Source: Methyloversatilis sp. (GTDB lineage Bacteria > Pseudomonadota > Gammaproteobacteria > Burkholderiales > Rhodocyclaceae). Taken from it: DNA of 64,000 nucleotides. Below the pieces are notes generated by a model. That model searched no databases and was not told the origin of the DNA. It worked only from the letters and a program-made list of their open reading frames with translations. The stretch is taken from positions 28,796 to 92,795 of the forward strand of contig JAVEVQ010000001.1 of the NCBI GenBank assembly GCA_034004945.1, given 5' to 3'. Both the position numbers and the translations under genes were made by a program. Positions 63,544-64,000 of the stretch are shown piece after piece. Position 1 is the first letter of the stretch, and each line of letters starts with the position of its first letter.

Positions 63544-64000
63544 GTGCGCTGCCCACGACTTCCGTGCCGTCTCCGCTTCCCGCCGACCTGCTGGCGCGCG
63601 CCCGCGCCCAGGCCGGGCGCGGCTCGGTCATGCAGGCGCTGATCGAGCTTTCGGGCGACACGCCGGACGACATGTGCGTCCGGGTCGCTGCCCAGCTGGG
63701 TCTGCCCGTGATGCGCAGCGCCGATCTCAACGCGCTGAAGATGACCTTGGGCAGCATCCGCTTTTCCGAGGCGCTTGCGCGTTCGGTGGTGGTGGCGGCC
63801 GACGACGCCGGCGCCCGTGTTGCGGTGGTGGCCGATCCCTACGACGCGGCGCTGCAGGACTGGCTGGCGGTCACGCTGCACGACAGCTTCGAGCTGCGCG
63901 TCGCCACGCGCGACGACATCACCGCCGCGCTGGCGCGGTTCGAGGAGAGCCAGCGTGCCTCCGCCGGACTTCTGGACGAAGGCGAGCAGATCAGCAGCAG
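63540..64000 (+). CDS. Probable GspE ATPase, N-terminal part (truncated by window)
   Basis: ATGA overlap with gspF; frame open to the window end; VVADPYD resembles the GspE N-domain; gspG-F-E order. Confidence 0.65.
   Translation, partial: MSALPTTSVPSPLPADLLARARAQAGRGSVMQALIELSGDTPDDMCVRVAAQLGLPVMRSADLNALKMTLGSIRFSEALARSVVVAADDAGARVAVVADPYDAALQDWLAVTLHDSFELRVATRDDITAALARFEESQRASAGLLDEGEQISS

Overview
A GC-rich betaproteobacterial chromosomal window (Rhodocyclales/Methyloversatilis-like by gene style; this is inference). It is mostly core genes: Fe3+ binding protein, prpE, ppsR-ppsA, csp, gdhA, tyrB, uvrB, dsbD, lexA-imuA-imuB, galE, fumA, the acs-actP cluster, tRNA-Ser and a type II secretion-like cluster. 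No CRISPR array, prophage or intact mobile element is visible. The most unusual feature is in a sulfate-activation (PAPS) locus. There, cysD is fused in frame to a near-complete IS630-family transposase scaffold that keeps its HTH region but has lost all three DDE catalytic residues, making it a candidate domesticated transposase or regulator; an internal RBS and ATG could also give a normal CysD. Other notable items: a PhnD-like lipoprotein coupled to a HAMP-PAS-GGDEF-EAL protein with a variant CZB domain; a REP array; a frameshifted histidine kinase; an orphan RpfF-like DSF synthase with a GGA-rich structured leader; and a GTAAG-N6-GTAAG motif shared by the acs and actP upstream regions. All product calls come from motif recognition by eye, not database searches.
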